A DNA stretch of 64,000 nt from an uncultured Enterobacteriaceae bacterium (GTDB taxonomy: Bacteria > Myxococcota_A > UBA9042). The stretch spans positions 1,010-65,009 of the forward strand of contig CAYURO010000001.1 in NCBI GenBank assembly GCA_964447285.1. Direction: 5' to 3'. The notes under the pieces were generated by a model. The model made no database searches. It saw nothing but the letters and a program-made list of their open reading frames with translations, and was not told the origin of the DNA. The translations under genes were made by a program, and so were the position numbers. Positions 56,010 to 64,000 of this stretch are shown here, piece after piece (positions within the stretch are counted from its first letter, which is position 1; each line of letters begins with the position of its first letter).

Positions 56010-58577
56010 ATGCCCAGTGAATACGGTTTTCAAGGCGTCCGGGCCGTCGAACAGGCGTCGATGCGGGCATTGCGGCGCAACGAGTTCGTCCCCGCGGACA
56101 CGCCAGAGCAGTTTCCGCCCGACGTCCCGGTCGACTGGCAGGACCTGACGCTGACGGTCGAGGTGGACGTACCGGGCAGGCACGTGCGTGGCACGGCGAC
56201 TTATGAGGGTCTGGTGCGGCGCGACGAGCTGCGGCGCATTCGTCTGGACGCCGACGGCATCGATGTGCCGCGCGCCTTCGACGGCAACGGCCAGCGCCTG
56301 ACCTTGGAGCACGACGGCCGCACGCTGTGGATCGATCTGGGGCGCACGGCCAGGCGGGGAGAAGCGCTGCGGATCTCGGTGGATTACGACACCTGCGAGC
56401 CGCGCGCCGGCTTCTACTTCATCCTGCCCGACGCGGACCACCCCGACCGCATCGCCCATGCCTGGACACAAGGTCAGGACGAGGACTCGCGCTTCTGGTT
56501 CCCCTGCCACGACAGCCCCAACCACAAGATGCGCCTGCACGTCCTGGCGACCGTGTCCGAGGGCATGGTCGCGCTGTCCAACGGCGTACTGAAGGACATC
56601 TACCGCGGCGCGGATCCGGGAACGCGCATCTTCGACTGGCAGATCGAGCGTCCAATTCCCATGTACCTGCTGACGCTGGTGGTGGGGCCGTTCGTCGAGG
56701 TCGTGCAGCAGACTGAGCCGGTTCCCGTCAGTTTCCACGTGCTGCCGGGGCGCGAGGCGGACGGCCACCGGTCGTTTGACCGCACGCCGGAGATGATCGC
56801 GCTGTATGAGCGTCTGATCGGCGTGAAGTTCCCGTTCGAGAAGTACGGTCAGGTCGCGGTGGGCGAATTCGTGTTTGGCGGCATGGAGAACGCGAGTCTG
56901 ACCACCCAGACCGACCTCACGCTGCACGACGAGCGCGCGCACCTGGACTTCAGCTCGCAACCGCTGGTCAGCCACGAGCTGGCGCACCAGTGGTTCGGCG
57001 ACCTGGTGACCTGCCGCACGTGGGCGCACGGCTGGCTGAACGAGGGCTTTGCGACCTACTTCGAGCAGCTGTGGCGCGAGCACACCGAGACGGCGGACGA
57101 GTTCGATTACGCCCGCCTGCAGGCGATTCGCGGGTACTTGCGCGAGGATGCCAGTCGTTACCGGCGCACCATCGTCACAAACCGCTGGCGTGAGCCGATC
57201 GACGTGTTCGACGCCCACCTGTACGAGAAGGGCGGCGCCGTGCTGCATATGCTGCGCCAGCTGTTGGGCGACGCGGCGTTCTTCGGCGCAGTAGGGGCCT
57301 ACGTCAAGGCCTTTGCCGACGGCATGGTGGAGACGCCGGACCTGCGCCGGGCGCTGGAGGCCTTCGCGGGAGTGGACTTGGGGCGGTTCTTCTCGCAGTG
57401 GGTCGAAAACGGCAAGGGTCACCCGGAGTTGAAGATCGGCGGCTCTTGGGATGGCGAGACGCGCGAGTGGCAACTGACCGTCGAGCAGACGCAGGACGTC
57501 AAGGAGTCGCTGCTGTTCCAGTTCCCGCTGGAGGTGCTGTTCGTGCCCGAGTCCGGCGAGCCTGTGCGCCGCACTTTTGCCGTGGAGCGCAAGCACCACG
57601 CATTCCGCATCGACCTTCCTGCGGCGCCCGTCATGGTGCTGCCCGACCCTCGCGGCGACCTGCTGGGCACGGTCGAGTGGACGTTCGGCGAGCCGATGCT
57701 GCGGACCGCGCTCGCCCGCGCACCCCACGCGCACGCGCGTATTCAGGCGGCCAACGCCTTGGGCAAGCGGCCGTCCACCGCCAACAATGACGCGCTGGCC
57801 CGCGCGCTGCTGGAAGACCGGCTGTGGTGCGTGCAGGCCGAGGTTGCGCGCGTGCTCGGCCAGATCGGCAACGCCCGCGCCTTTCAGGGCCTTGCCGAAG
57901 CGGTCCAGCTGCCGCACCCCAAGGCGCGCCGGGCCGTCGTCGCTGCGTTGGGCCGCTTTCAGACCCCAGAGGCTGGCGAGCTGCTGGTGCGGTTGTTGGA
58001 GCAGGGCGATTCGTCCTATCTCGTCGAGGCGGAGGCTGCCGTTGCGCTCGGGCAGACGCGATTCTCGGGTGCTTTCGAATCGTTGCGAAAGGCTCTGGAC
58101 CGGCCCAGCTGGAACGAGACGATCCGCGTCGGCGTGCTCGACGGCCTTGCGGCACTGCAGGATCCCGCCGCGCTGGAGCTCGTGACGCCTTTGCTGCAAC
58201 CCCATCAACCGACGTTGCTGCGCTGCGGTGCCGCCCGTTGTCTCGCGGCTTTCGTCACTGAGCCCGCGCGGGTGGTGCAGGCGCTGCAGCCGTACACGAC
58301 GGACACCAGCTTTCGCTTCGTCTTCAACGTGGCGTCGTCGTTGGGCGGCTTGGGCGACGCCCGCGTGATTCCCCTGCTGCAAGATCTGTCGCAGCGTGCC
58401 ACGGACGGTCGGGTACAGCGGCGGGCCACAGAGTCGATCGCCCAGATCCGTGCGGGGCTGGGGGCCGGCAAGCAGGTCGATGAGCTGCGCAAGGACGTCG
58501 ACGCCCTGCGCAACCAGCAGCGAGACCTGCAGGATCGGCTGGAACGCGGCGAGAAGCTGCGCGGTGCGGTGGCGTGA
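56010..58577 (+). CDS. M1-family aminopeptidase (aminopeptidase N-like) with a C-terminal HEAT-repeat domain.
   Basis: ORF 56010..58577. It has GGMENASLTT (GAMEN), the zinc motif HELAHQWFGDLVT plus WLNEGFATY, and C-terminal HEAT-like repeats (RIQAANALGKR...ARVLGQIGNARAF...). Confidence 0.85.
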   Translation: MPSEYGFQGVRAVEQASMRALRRNEFVPADTPEQFPPDVPVDWQDLTLTVEVDVPGRHVRGTATYEGLVRRDELRRIRLDADGIDVPRAFDGNGQRLTLEHDGRTLWIDLGRTARRGEALRISVDYDTCEPRAGFYFILPDADHPDRIAHAWTQGQDEDSRFWFPCHDSPNHKMRLHVLATVSEGMVALSNGVLKDIYRGADPGTRIFDWQIERPIPMYLLTLVVGPFVEVVQQTEPVPVSFHVLPGREADGHRSFDRTPEMIALYERLIGVKFPFEKYGQVAVGEFVFGGMENASLTTQTDLTLHDERAHLDFSSQPLVSHELAHQWFGDLVTCRTWAHGWLNEGFATYFEQLWREHTETADEFDYARLQAIRGYLREDASRYRRTIVTNRWREPIDVFDAHLYEKGGAVLHMLRQLLGDAAFFGAVGAYVKAFADGMVETPDLRRALEAFAGVDLGRFFSQWVENGKGHPELKIGGSWDGETREWQLTVEQTQDVKESLLFQFPLEVLFVPESGEPVRRTFAVERKHHAFRIDLPAAPVMVLPDPRGDLLGTVEWTFGEPMLRTALARAPHAHARIQAANALGKRPSTANNDALARALLEDRLWCVQAEVARVLGQIGNARAFQGLAEAVQLPHPKARRAVVAALGRFQTPEAGELLVRLLEQGDSSYLVEAEAAVALGQTRFSGAFESLRKALDRPSWNETIRVGVLDGLAALQDPAALELVTPLLQPHQPTLLRCGAARCLAAFVTEPARVVQALQPYTTDTSFRFVFNVASSLGGLGDARVIPLLQDLSQRATDGRVQRRATESIAQIRAGLGAGKQVDELRKDVDALRNQQRDLQDRLERGEKLRGAVA

Positions 58578-59776
58578 GCACGCGGCGAATCCTGTTGCCT
58601 CGCGGTGTCTCCGGCGGGCCCGCGGTTCCCGCGTCAGCGCTTGGGGTCGTCGACCGCGCGCTGCGGGACGGAGTCGGCTCGGCCGTCGCCATTGCGGTCT
58701 GGGCGGGTGGCGAACGGTCCAGCGCTGCCGTCGGCAGGACCAGCTGCCTTCGGGTCGTGCCCCACGCGGCCGGCCAGCGTCTGGAAGCCTGTCCTGGCAC
58801 GCCGATGGACCTCGACGCCTTGTTCGACCTCGCGTCGCTGACCAAGCCCGTCGCCACACTGACACTGCTGGCGCAAGCGCTGTCCGCCCCGAACCCGCGA
58901 CTGAGTCTGGACGACCGTCTGGACCGTTGGCTGCCCGACGCCCGCGGTACCGGTCTGGGCCAAGCGACGCTTGGGCAGCTGGTCAGCCATACTTCGGGGG
59001 CACCGGCTTGGCTGGATTTCTGGGGCGCGACAGCGGGTGTGCACGACCCGGCTGAACGGACAAGCCTCGTGCGTGCGCGCGTCCTGCACACGCCATTGGA
59101 GCGACCGGCGGGGACGGCGGCTGTCTACAGCGATCTCGGCTACATGTCGCTGGGCTGGGTGCTCGAGGCCCTGCACGGCGAGCCGCTGGACCGCCGATTC
59201 TTGGGGTCGGTGGCCGCACCGCTGGGCCTGCAGGCTGCGTTCCGGCGAATTTCGCTGGGCATGGGGGGAGACGGGGCGTCGGTGGCCACCGAGGTGGTCG
59301 CGCGTCGCTGCCCGCAAGGTCTTGCACTGCAAGGCGAAGTGCATGACGACAACTGTGCGGCGCTGGACGGCGTGGCGGGCCATGCCGGCCTGTTTGCGAC
59401 GGCGGATGACGTGCTGACTTGGGCGCAGGCCTGGCTTCGGGCGCTGCGGTCTGAGAGCCACCGACGCGTGGGCCCCCTTAGCTTGGCTCCCCAGCTCGTG
59501 CGCCATCTGGTCGCCACCCCGGGCGTTGTCGGCACGACCTGGCGCCACGGCTTCGACACGCCGACCCGACCCGGCTCCAGCGCGGGCGACCAAGTGCCGT
59601 CGGATGCGTTTGGCCACCTGGGCTTCACCGGAACCAGTGTCTGGTGCTCGCCGGGCCGCGATCTGGCCGTCGTGATGCTGGCCAACCGCGTGCATCCGAC
59701 CAGCGCCGTCGTCGAGGGCATCCGCAAGCTGCGCCCGGCCCTGCATGACTCGCTGTGGGCGGTATTGACGCGTTGA
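58574..59776 (+). CDS. Beta-lactamase / penicillin-binding-fold serine hydrolase.
   Basis: ORF 58574..59776. It has the SxxK motif (DLASLTKPV), a YSD-like motif (AVYSDLGY) and HLGFTG (KTG-like). It overlaps the aminopeptidase stop by 4 nt. Confidence 0.65.
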   Translation: MSTRRILLPRGVSGGPAVPASALGVVDRALRDGVGSAVAIAVWAGGERSSAAVGRTSCLRVVPHAAGQRLEACPGTPMDLDALFDLASLTKPVATLTLLAQALSAPNPRLSLDDRLDRWLPDARGTGLGQATLGQLVSHTSGAPAWLDFWGATAGVHDPAERTSLVRARVLHTPLERPAGTAAVYSDLGYMSLGWVLEALHGEPLDRRFLGSVAAPLGLQAAFRRISLGMGGDGASVATEVVARRCPQGLALQGEVHDDNCAALDGVAGHAGLFATADDVLTWAQAWLRALRSESHRRVGPLSLAPQLVRHLVATPGVVGTTWRHGFDTPTRPGSSAGDQVPSDAFGHLGFTGTSVWCSPGRDLAVVMLANRVHPTSAVVEGIRKLRPALHDSLWAVLTR

Positions 59777-59851
59777 CCCCCGTCAAGCCGCGCTGTTATC
59801 GTGCCCGTGTCGTATCCAGCAAGCCTGCGTGTCCCTCAAGGGAGGCCGACC

Positions 59852-60619
59852 ATGTCCCATCCCCGGTCGCCCTTCCAAGTCACTGCGGTGTTCTGCGGTC
59901 ACTGCAATCAGGTGATCTCGGCGCGCGACGACAGCAAAGCTCCTGCGGGTGCCTCGGTCTGTCTCGAGTGCGGTCAGGTCCTGCCTGCCGACTTTGTGGT
60001 CATCGCCCCGCCCGCTCAGCCTCTTGCGCCTCCCATCGACGACGACCTCTTTCTGGCAGCGCCGATGCCGCCGCGCGAGTGGAAGCTGCGGTCGCTGGGT
60101 CTGACCTATAACTTCCATGGGCTCGAGGCGCTGCTGAATTGGGCGGCCAACCGGCCCGCGCAGACGCTGTGGATCTCGGCAGACGGCGATGACTGGCGCG
60201 ATTTTCCCAGCTTCTTCGCCGCAGTCCAGGCTGGCGTGGACGGCGACGCCGCGTTCGCAGCGGCCAAGACGGCCCGGACGGAGACGGTGACCGCGGTTTT
60301 GGCTGTCGATGGATCAGGCGACGCAGATGCCCCTGTCGCCGATGGCCCCGTCGCGCCCATGACCGACGTGGACTTCACAACTCGACTGGACGCCTCGGAG
60401 GCGACGGTCGCGTTGCCCGGTGCAGCGATGGCGGTCCCAGCAAGCGTTTCGACCGCGGTTCTGCCAACGGCTGAGCTCCCGACCCCGGAAGCCGCTCCCT
60501 GGCGCCTTCCCCCGCCCTCTACCAGGCGAGGACTGCAGACACCGGCGGCCATCGCCGCCGCGCTCGCCTTTTCGGCCGCGGTGGTGGTCGGTTTGTTATG
60601 GGTTCAGGGCGTGTTGTGA
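59852..60619 (+). CDS. Zinc-ribbon (CxxC...CxxC) protein with a C-terminal TM anchor; hypothetical.
   Basis: ORF 59801..60619, trimmed to the ATG at 59852 (MSHPRSPFQVTAVFCGHCNQVIS...CLECGQV). The C-terminal TM segment is AAIAAALAFSAAVVVGLLWV. Confidence 0.4.
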   Translation: MSHPRSPFQVTAVFCGHCNQVISARDDSKAPAGASVCLECGQVLPADFVVIAPPAQPLAPPIDDDLFLAAPMPPREWKLRSLGLTYNFHGLEALLNWAANRPAQTLWISADGDDWRDFPSFFAAVQAGVDGDAAFAAAKTARTETVTAVLAVDGSGDADAPVADGPVAPMTDVDFTTRLDASEATVALPGAAMAVPASVSTAVLPTAELPTPEAAPWRLPPPSTRRGLQTPAAIAAALAFSAAVVVGLLWVQGVL

Positions 60620-60647
60620 AGCGTCCGGGCAGCGGCTCGGCAAGGCT

Positions 60648-61241
60648 TCAGGGTGCACAGATGCCAGCACCGTCGGGCCAGCGCTTCTGCTGGTCGTCCG
60701 TCAGGCAATAGCACTGCTGGCCCGTCGGGCACTTCAACTGCTCTAACGCGGTGCATACGCAGGTTCGGTAGCACTTCTTGTCCACCTGATCGCAGCGCAG
60801 CGCTCGGCCGCCATCGGCCTCTCCCAGACGGCCACAGACAGCGGGCTGGGCAGGATCGCATGCCGAATTTTCACCAAGAGTTCCATGGGCTTGGCAAGAT
60901 GTTTGCTGGGTAGCATTCTCGAAGTAGCAACCGAATCCATCGGGACAGGGATCCCATGTCGACAGGTTGCAAGGAACGGCCGGCACATCCGGGCCAGCAT
61001 CGTCGGTGTCTTCGCTAGCGTCGGTTGCGACGTCCGCCGATACGTCCGTGTCGCACTCGGTCCCGGCCGGTCGGCAGAATCCGCACAGGCAGTCCCACCC
61101 TTGGACACAGTCGTCGGCCGTCTGGCAGGCGTACAGGGTTCCCGGATCAGTCGCGGTTCGGCCGTCGGAGCACGCGGTTGCCAGCAAGACCCACGCCACG
61201 GCGCATCCGGATTGCAGCAGAGCTTGTGACCGCGTGGCCAT
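60648..61241 (-). CDS. Cys-rich (about 20 Cys) lipoprotein; hypothetical.
   Basis: ORF 60648..61439, trimmed to the ATG at 61241 (MATRSQALLQSGCAVAWVLLATACSDG). Its start codon overlaps the stop of the upstream gene. Confidence 0.45.
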   Translation of the reverse strand: MATRSQALLQSGCAVAWVLLATACSDGRTATDPGTLYACQTADDCVQGWDCLCGFCRPAGTECDTDVSADVATDASEDTDDAGPDVPAVPCNLSTWDPCPDGFGCYFENATQQTSCQAHGTLGENSACDPAQPAVCGRLGEADGGRALRCDQVDKKCYRTCVCTALEQLKCPTGQQCYCLTDDQQKRWPDGAGICAP

Positions 61242-62275
61242 CAGAACCTCCCCTGCAGCAGCAGTCCGGCGAGCGACCCGTCTGCGGCCAGCGCAGGCTG
61301 CACGCGCCAAGAAGTCCTCGGGACGCCAAGAAAGGCGGCATCGGTCGGGGGCGCGGCGGTGTCGTCGTCGCCCAGCCACCACAGCGCAAGTCCGGTGCCT
61401 ACCGCGGCCACGCCAACGACCGCAAGCCCGGTCGCCCACGCCTGGCGCGCGTCGTGGGTCCGCAAGGCGTCGTCCACTTCCCTTTGCGTCACGCCGGTAT
61501 AGCGGGTGACTCCACCGACGGTGCTGCGGCCGGCCGCCAGTCGATCATCCCAATCCGCAAGACCGCTGCGCGCAACCAACGTCAGGACCGTCGCCGTCAC
61601 CAGCAGCGTTGCCCCCACCGCAGCCGTCGAGGCGCCGACCACTTCCTGCAAACTCCACCTCGATGCCTCCATGCGGGCGAACAGACCGGGGCGGCGGATC
61701 GGCGCGGGTTGATCTTCTTCCAATGGCTGGGCCGGCTTGGCTGTCGTCGGTGGTGTCACGATTGCCGGTTGCGCGGGGTCCGCGGGCTTGACGGCGGGCG
61801 TGACCGTTGGCGGCTTGGGGCGGGCGGCATCAGCGACCTTGGCGGCATCAGCGACCTTGGCGGCGTCACGAGCGGCGAGTTCCCTCTGGATCGTGGCCAG
61901 ATGCTGCTCCGCCTCGCGGCGGCCCTGCAGGCTGTCCGGGTCGTCAAACGCGTTGAGTGAAAGGTAGAGCTGAAACAGCGGCACAGCCTCAGCGAGCTGT
62001 CCCGCCCGCTGGTACGACCGCGCGGCGTTGAATACAAGCGTCGGCTCGGGGAACTGCGCGTATGCGTGCATGAACAGCTTGGCCGCTTCAGCGTAGGCTC
62101 CGGCCGCGAACTTGGCCTTGGCTTGCTCGGCCGTGGCGACCGCCTGCTTCTCCTGGTCGGCGGTCGGGGCGGGACGCGGCGCAGCGACAGCGGTGACCAC
62201 AGTGCCGGCCGCCAGTCCGCAGAGCACGGCAGCGAAGGAGGCAACGGCAAGCGAATGGCGCAGGGTCCACAACAT
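61241..62275 (-). CDS. Membrane protein with an N-terminal signal/TM segment, a TPR-like region, a Pro/Ala-rich linker and C-terminal TM helices; hypothetical.
   Basis: ORF 61241..62326 (TTG start), trimmed to the ATG at 62275 (MLWTLRHSLAVASFAAVLCGLAAG). Confidence 0.45.
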   Translation of the reverse strand: MLWTLRHSLAVASFAAVLCGLAAGTVVTAVAAPRPAPTADQEKQAVATAEQAKAKFAAGAYAEAAKLFMHAYAQFPEPTLVFNAARSYQRAGQLAEAVPLFQLYLSLNAFDDPDSLQGRREAEQHLATIQRELAARDAAKVADAAKVADAARPKPPTVTPAVKPADPAQPAIVTPPTTAKPAQPLEEDQPAPIRRPGLFARMEASRWSLQEVVGASTAAVGATLLVTATVLTLVARSGLADWDDRLAAGRSTVGGVTRYTGVTQREVDDALRTHDARQAWATGLAVVGVAAVGTGLALWWLGDDDTAAPPTDAAFLGVPRTSWRVQPALAADGSLAGLLLQGRF

Positions 62276-62300
62276 GCGGGGCAGCTTGGCTTCGGCGTTC

Positions 62301-62338
62301 CCCCAAGTCAAATCACTGCACCCCAAGTCAAATCATTG
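62301..62338. repeat. Tandem direct repeat CCCCAAGTCAAATCA[C/T]TG x2 with a 20-bp period; an AT-rich island 26-63 bp upstream of the 62275 start.
   Basis: Read directly from the sequence. The two copies are 17/18 identical and lie in the 84-bp gap between the hemW-like stop and the next minus-strand gene. Each minus-strand copy contains TTGACT. Confidence 0.5.
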
Positions 62339-62359
62339 GATGGGGGTAAGCGCACGCGG

Positions 62360-63550
62360 TCAGGCCAGCTCGGTCAGGATGGTGTCCAACAAGCGCACGC
62401 CCTCGGGCCGCAGTCGCAGCCAGTCCGCCTCCAGCTCCAGCGGCCGCCCGCGGCGTATCGCCCGCTGTGCCCGCCCCACCAGCGCGTCGCAAGGTACATC
62501 TCCCACGTCGAGCCGCAGCGCCGCCAAGTCGACCCCCGCCGCCAGACGCAGACCCGTCATCAAGCGCTCGGTCACGTGCGTCTCGGCATCGATATCCTCC
62601 CGCATCTCTTCACAAACCAAGCCCTTGCCGACCGCAGTGCTCCACGCTGCGTGCGACCGCGCGTTGCCGTAACGGTGGCCCAGCACGCCCGGTGCCGCGT
62701 CCGGTCGCGGCGGCAGGAAGCCGTGCGCCCCCACGCCCAGCGCCAGGTATCGGCCACCGGTCCAGTAGGTCAGATTGTGACGGCACTGGTGCCCTTCCAT
62801 CGCGAAATTCGACACTTCGTAGCGGTGCAAGCCGTGTCGTGCCGCCATCGTGGGCAGGGCATCGAGCATGTCGGTCTGCAGTTCGTCGTCTGGTGCCTTT
62901 CGCAGCCCACGAGCCACCAGTCCCGCCAGCGGCGTACCGGCCTCGACTGTCAGACTGTACGCGCTCAGGTGCGGCAGGCCGTAGCCCAGCACCGCGTCGA
63001 CGTCACGCCGCAGGTCCTGCATCGTCTGGCCGGGTGCTCCGAACAGCAGGTCCGCACTGGCACTGCGCAATTTCCCCGCCGCCAGCAGGTCGCCGATCTC
63101 TGCGAGCGTCCGCCGCGCTGCGCCCGCGTCATGGATGCGGTCCAGGGCGGCCAGCCGTCCGTCGTCCAGCGCCTGGATACCCACGGAAACACGGCGGATT
63201 CCGGCTGCCGCGTACTCGCCCAGGTCGCCCGACTCCAAGGCGCCCGGGTTGGCTTCCAGCGTGACTTCGGCGTCTGCCTGCAGTCCTCCCCACCGATTCA
63301 GCATCTCCAGCACATCCGAGATGTTGCGCGGTCCCCACAGCGACGGCGTCCCACCGCCCAAAAAGACTGACGCGATGGGCGCGGCGGGCAAATCGCGGGT
63401 GCGTGTGGCAAATTCCTGAACGACGGAAGTCAGATAGGCCTCGCGCGGCACATCCCGCACGGCAATGGTGGCGAAGTCGCAGTACGCGCAGCGGTGCAGG
63501 CAGTACGGAAAATGGACGTAGACCGCCCATGTCGCCGGAGCTTGGGTCAT
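62360..63550 (-). CDS. hemW: Radical-SAM HemW/HemN-like protein (oxygen-independent coproporphyrinogen-III oxidase-like / heme chaperone).
   Basis: ORF 62360..63637, trimmed to the Met of MTQAPATWAVYVHFPYCLHRCAYCDF (about 63550). It has the CxxxCxxC radical-SAM motif, GGGTPS and a C-terminal HemN_C-like region. Confidence 0.8.
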   Translation of the reverse strand: MTQAPATWAVYVHFPYCLHRCAYCDFATIAVRDVPREAYLTSVVQEFATRTRDLPAAPIASVFLGGGTPSLWGPRNISDVLEMLNRWGGLQADAEVTLEANPGALESGDLGEYAAAGIRRVSVGIQALDDGRLAALDRIHDAGAARRTLAEIGDLLAAGKLRSASADLLFGAPGQTMQDLRRDVDAVLGYGLPHLSAYSLTVEAGTPLAGLVARGLRKAPDDELQTDMLDALPTMAARHGLHRYEVSNFAMEGHQCRHNLTYWTGGRYLALGVGAHGFLPPRPDAAPGVLGHRYGNARSHAAWSTAVGKGLVCEEMREDIDAETHVTERLMTGLRLAAGVDLAALRLDVGDVPCDALVGRAQRAIRRGRPLELEADWLRLRPEGVRLLDTILTELA

Positions 63551-63578
63551 CGGGGCGGCGGGCATCGGACTCCAGCGC

Positions 63579-64000
63579 TCAGCGGCGCAGCTTGCCGACT
63601 TCGGCCGGAAGCTCACGGGTCGGGACGACACGCGCAAACCCGGGTCCCGTCAGCACATTCACCCGCAGTCGGCCACGGTGATTGGGGTCCACGACGGTCA
63701 GGGACCCCGGCTGGCAGCCCGAACCGCCGGTCGGACGCGAACAGCCCTCTGCCCGCACCAGACCCACCGCCACCGCCTGCAGCGCGCCAAAGCGTCCCTG
63801 ACAGAACACGCCCGAGGCCGCTGACACCACAGCCCCCATGCCCGTCCGCAGCGCGTGCTCGTAGATGCGGTACGCGCGGTCTGCGATCAACTCGCCGTCG
63901 CGCAGCAGCGTCAGGGGCCGCGCCGTCAGCAGCAGCGTCGACTTGTAGGCTCCCAGAATATCGAGGGTTTCACGCAGCCGCTTGAGCTCTGGCTCGCCCA
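63579..64000 (-). CDS. 3' part of a gene that continues beyond the window end; family not recognised.
   Basis: The minus-strand frame stays open from 64000 down to the stop at 63579 (…GEPELKRLRETLDILGAYKSTLLLTARPLTLLRDGELIADRAYRIYEHAL…). Codon usage is coding-like. Confidence 0.35.
   Translation of the reverse strand, partial: GEPELKRLRETLDILGAYKSTLLLTARPLTLLRDGELIADRAYRIYEHALRTGMGAVVSAASGVFCQGRFGALQAVAVGLVRAEGCSRPTGGSGCQPGSLTVVDPNHRGRLRVNVLTGPGFARVVPTRELPAEVGKLRR

Noticed and set aside
54732-58865. 1377-aa minus-strand ORF, the longest in the track.
   Set aside because: It spans, in antisense, the BatA-like gene, the aminopeptidase gene and the beta-lactamase-fold gene. Its composition is Arg/Gln/Leu-rich shadow. 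The sense strand carries the GAMEN/HExxH aminopeptidase motifs.
62301-62338. The tandem repeat considered as a CRISPR array fragment or mobile-element terminal repeat.
   Set aside because: There are only two copies, no spacer-like unique inserts, no cas genes and no transposase or integrase nearby.

Overview
This is a 64 kb, very GC-rich (~70%) bacterial chromosomal segment with a Myxococcota-like gene repertoire. I called about 50 protein-coding genes by hand from the six-frame ORF track plus direct reading; they include eukaryotic-type Ser/Thr kinases, an FHA/sigma54 enhancer-binding protein and many lipoproteins with Cys lipoboxes. There are no rRNA or tRNA genes, CRISPR arrays, integrases or transposases, and I recognised no antibiotic-resistance or defense genes (ArsA-like, ComEC and SNase genes are present but sit in other contexts). 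Housekeeping genes are uvrB, gltX, gmk, pyrE, folK and hemW-like. Recognisable modules are a MoxR(AAA+)-DUF58-vWA-vWA operon with an upstream TM coiled-coil protein, a second DUF4159 + BatA-like vWA pair, an M1 aminopeptidase fused to HEAT repeats, and a Slt-like lytic transglycosylase with a histone-H1-like tail. The most system-like and least explained region is a co-directional minus-strand cluster at about 10.4-19.8 kb: ExbB/TolQ, two ExbD/TolR paralogs, a Ca-type staphylococcal-nuclease-like exonuclease, a lipoprotein with nine Cys-bracketed DxDxDG repeats, an outer-membrane beta-barrel carrying three copies of the same repeat, ComEC/Rec2 and a small OMP. I read this as a candidate envelope-spanning, proton-motive-force-driven machine for extracellular DNA processing or uptake; no direct biochemical evidence supports that. 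Other oddities are AT-rich palindromes and direct repeats in promoter regions, a standalone sigma-70 region-4 mini-protein next to the FHA-EBP and kinase, an orphan CoA-transferase A subunit, and two divergent ORFs whose ATG codons overlap in one CATG. Many long ORFs in the track (for example 551..1267 +, 6291..8249 +, 54732..58865 -) are antisense shadows typical of high-GC DNA and were rejected. Gene starts were chosen by hand (some GTG/TTG) and are approximate.
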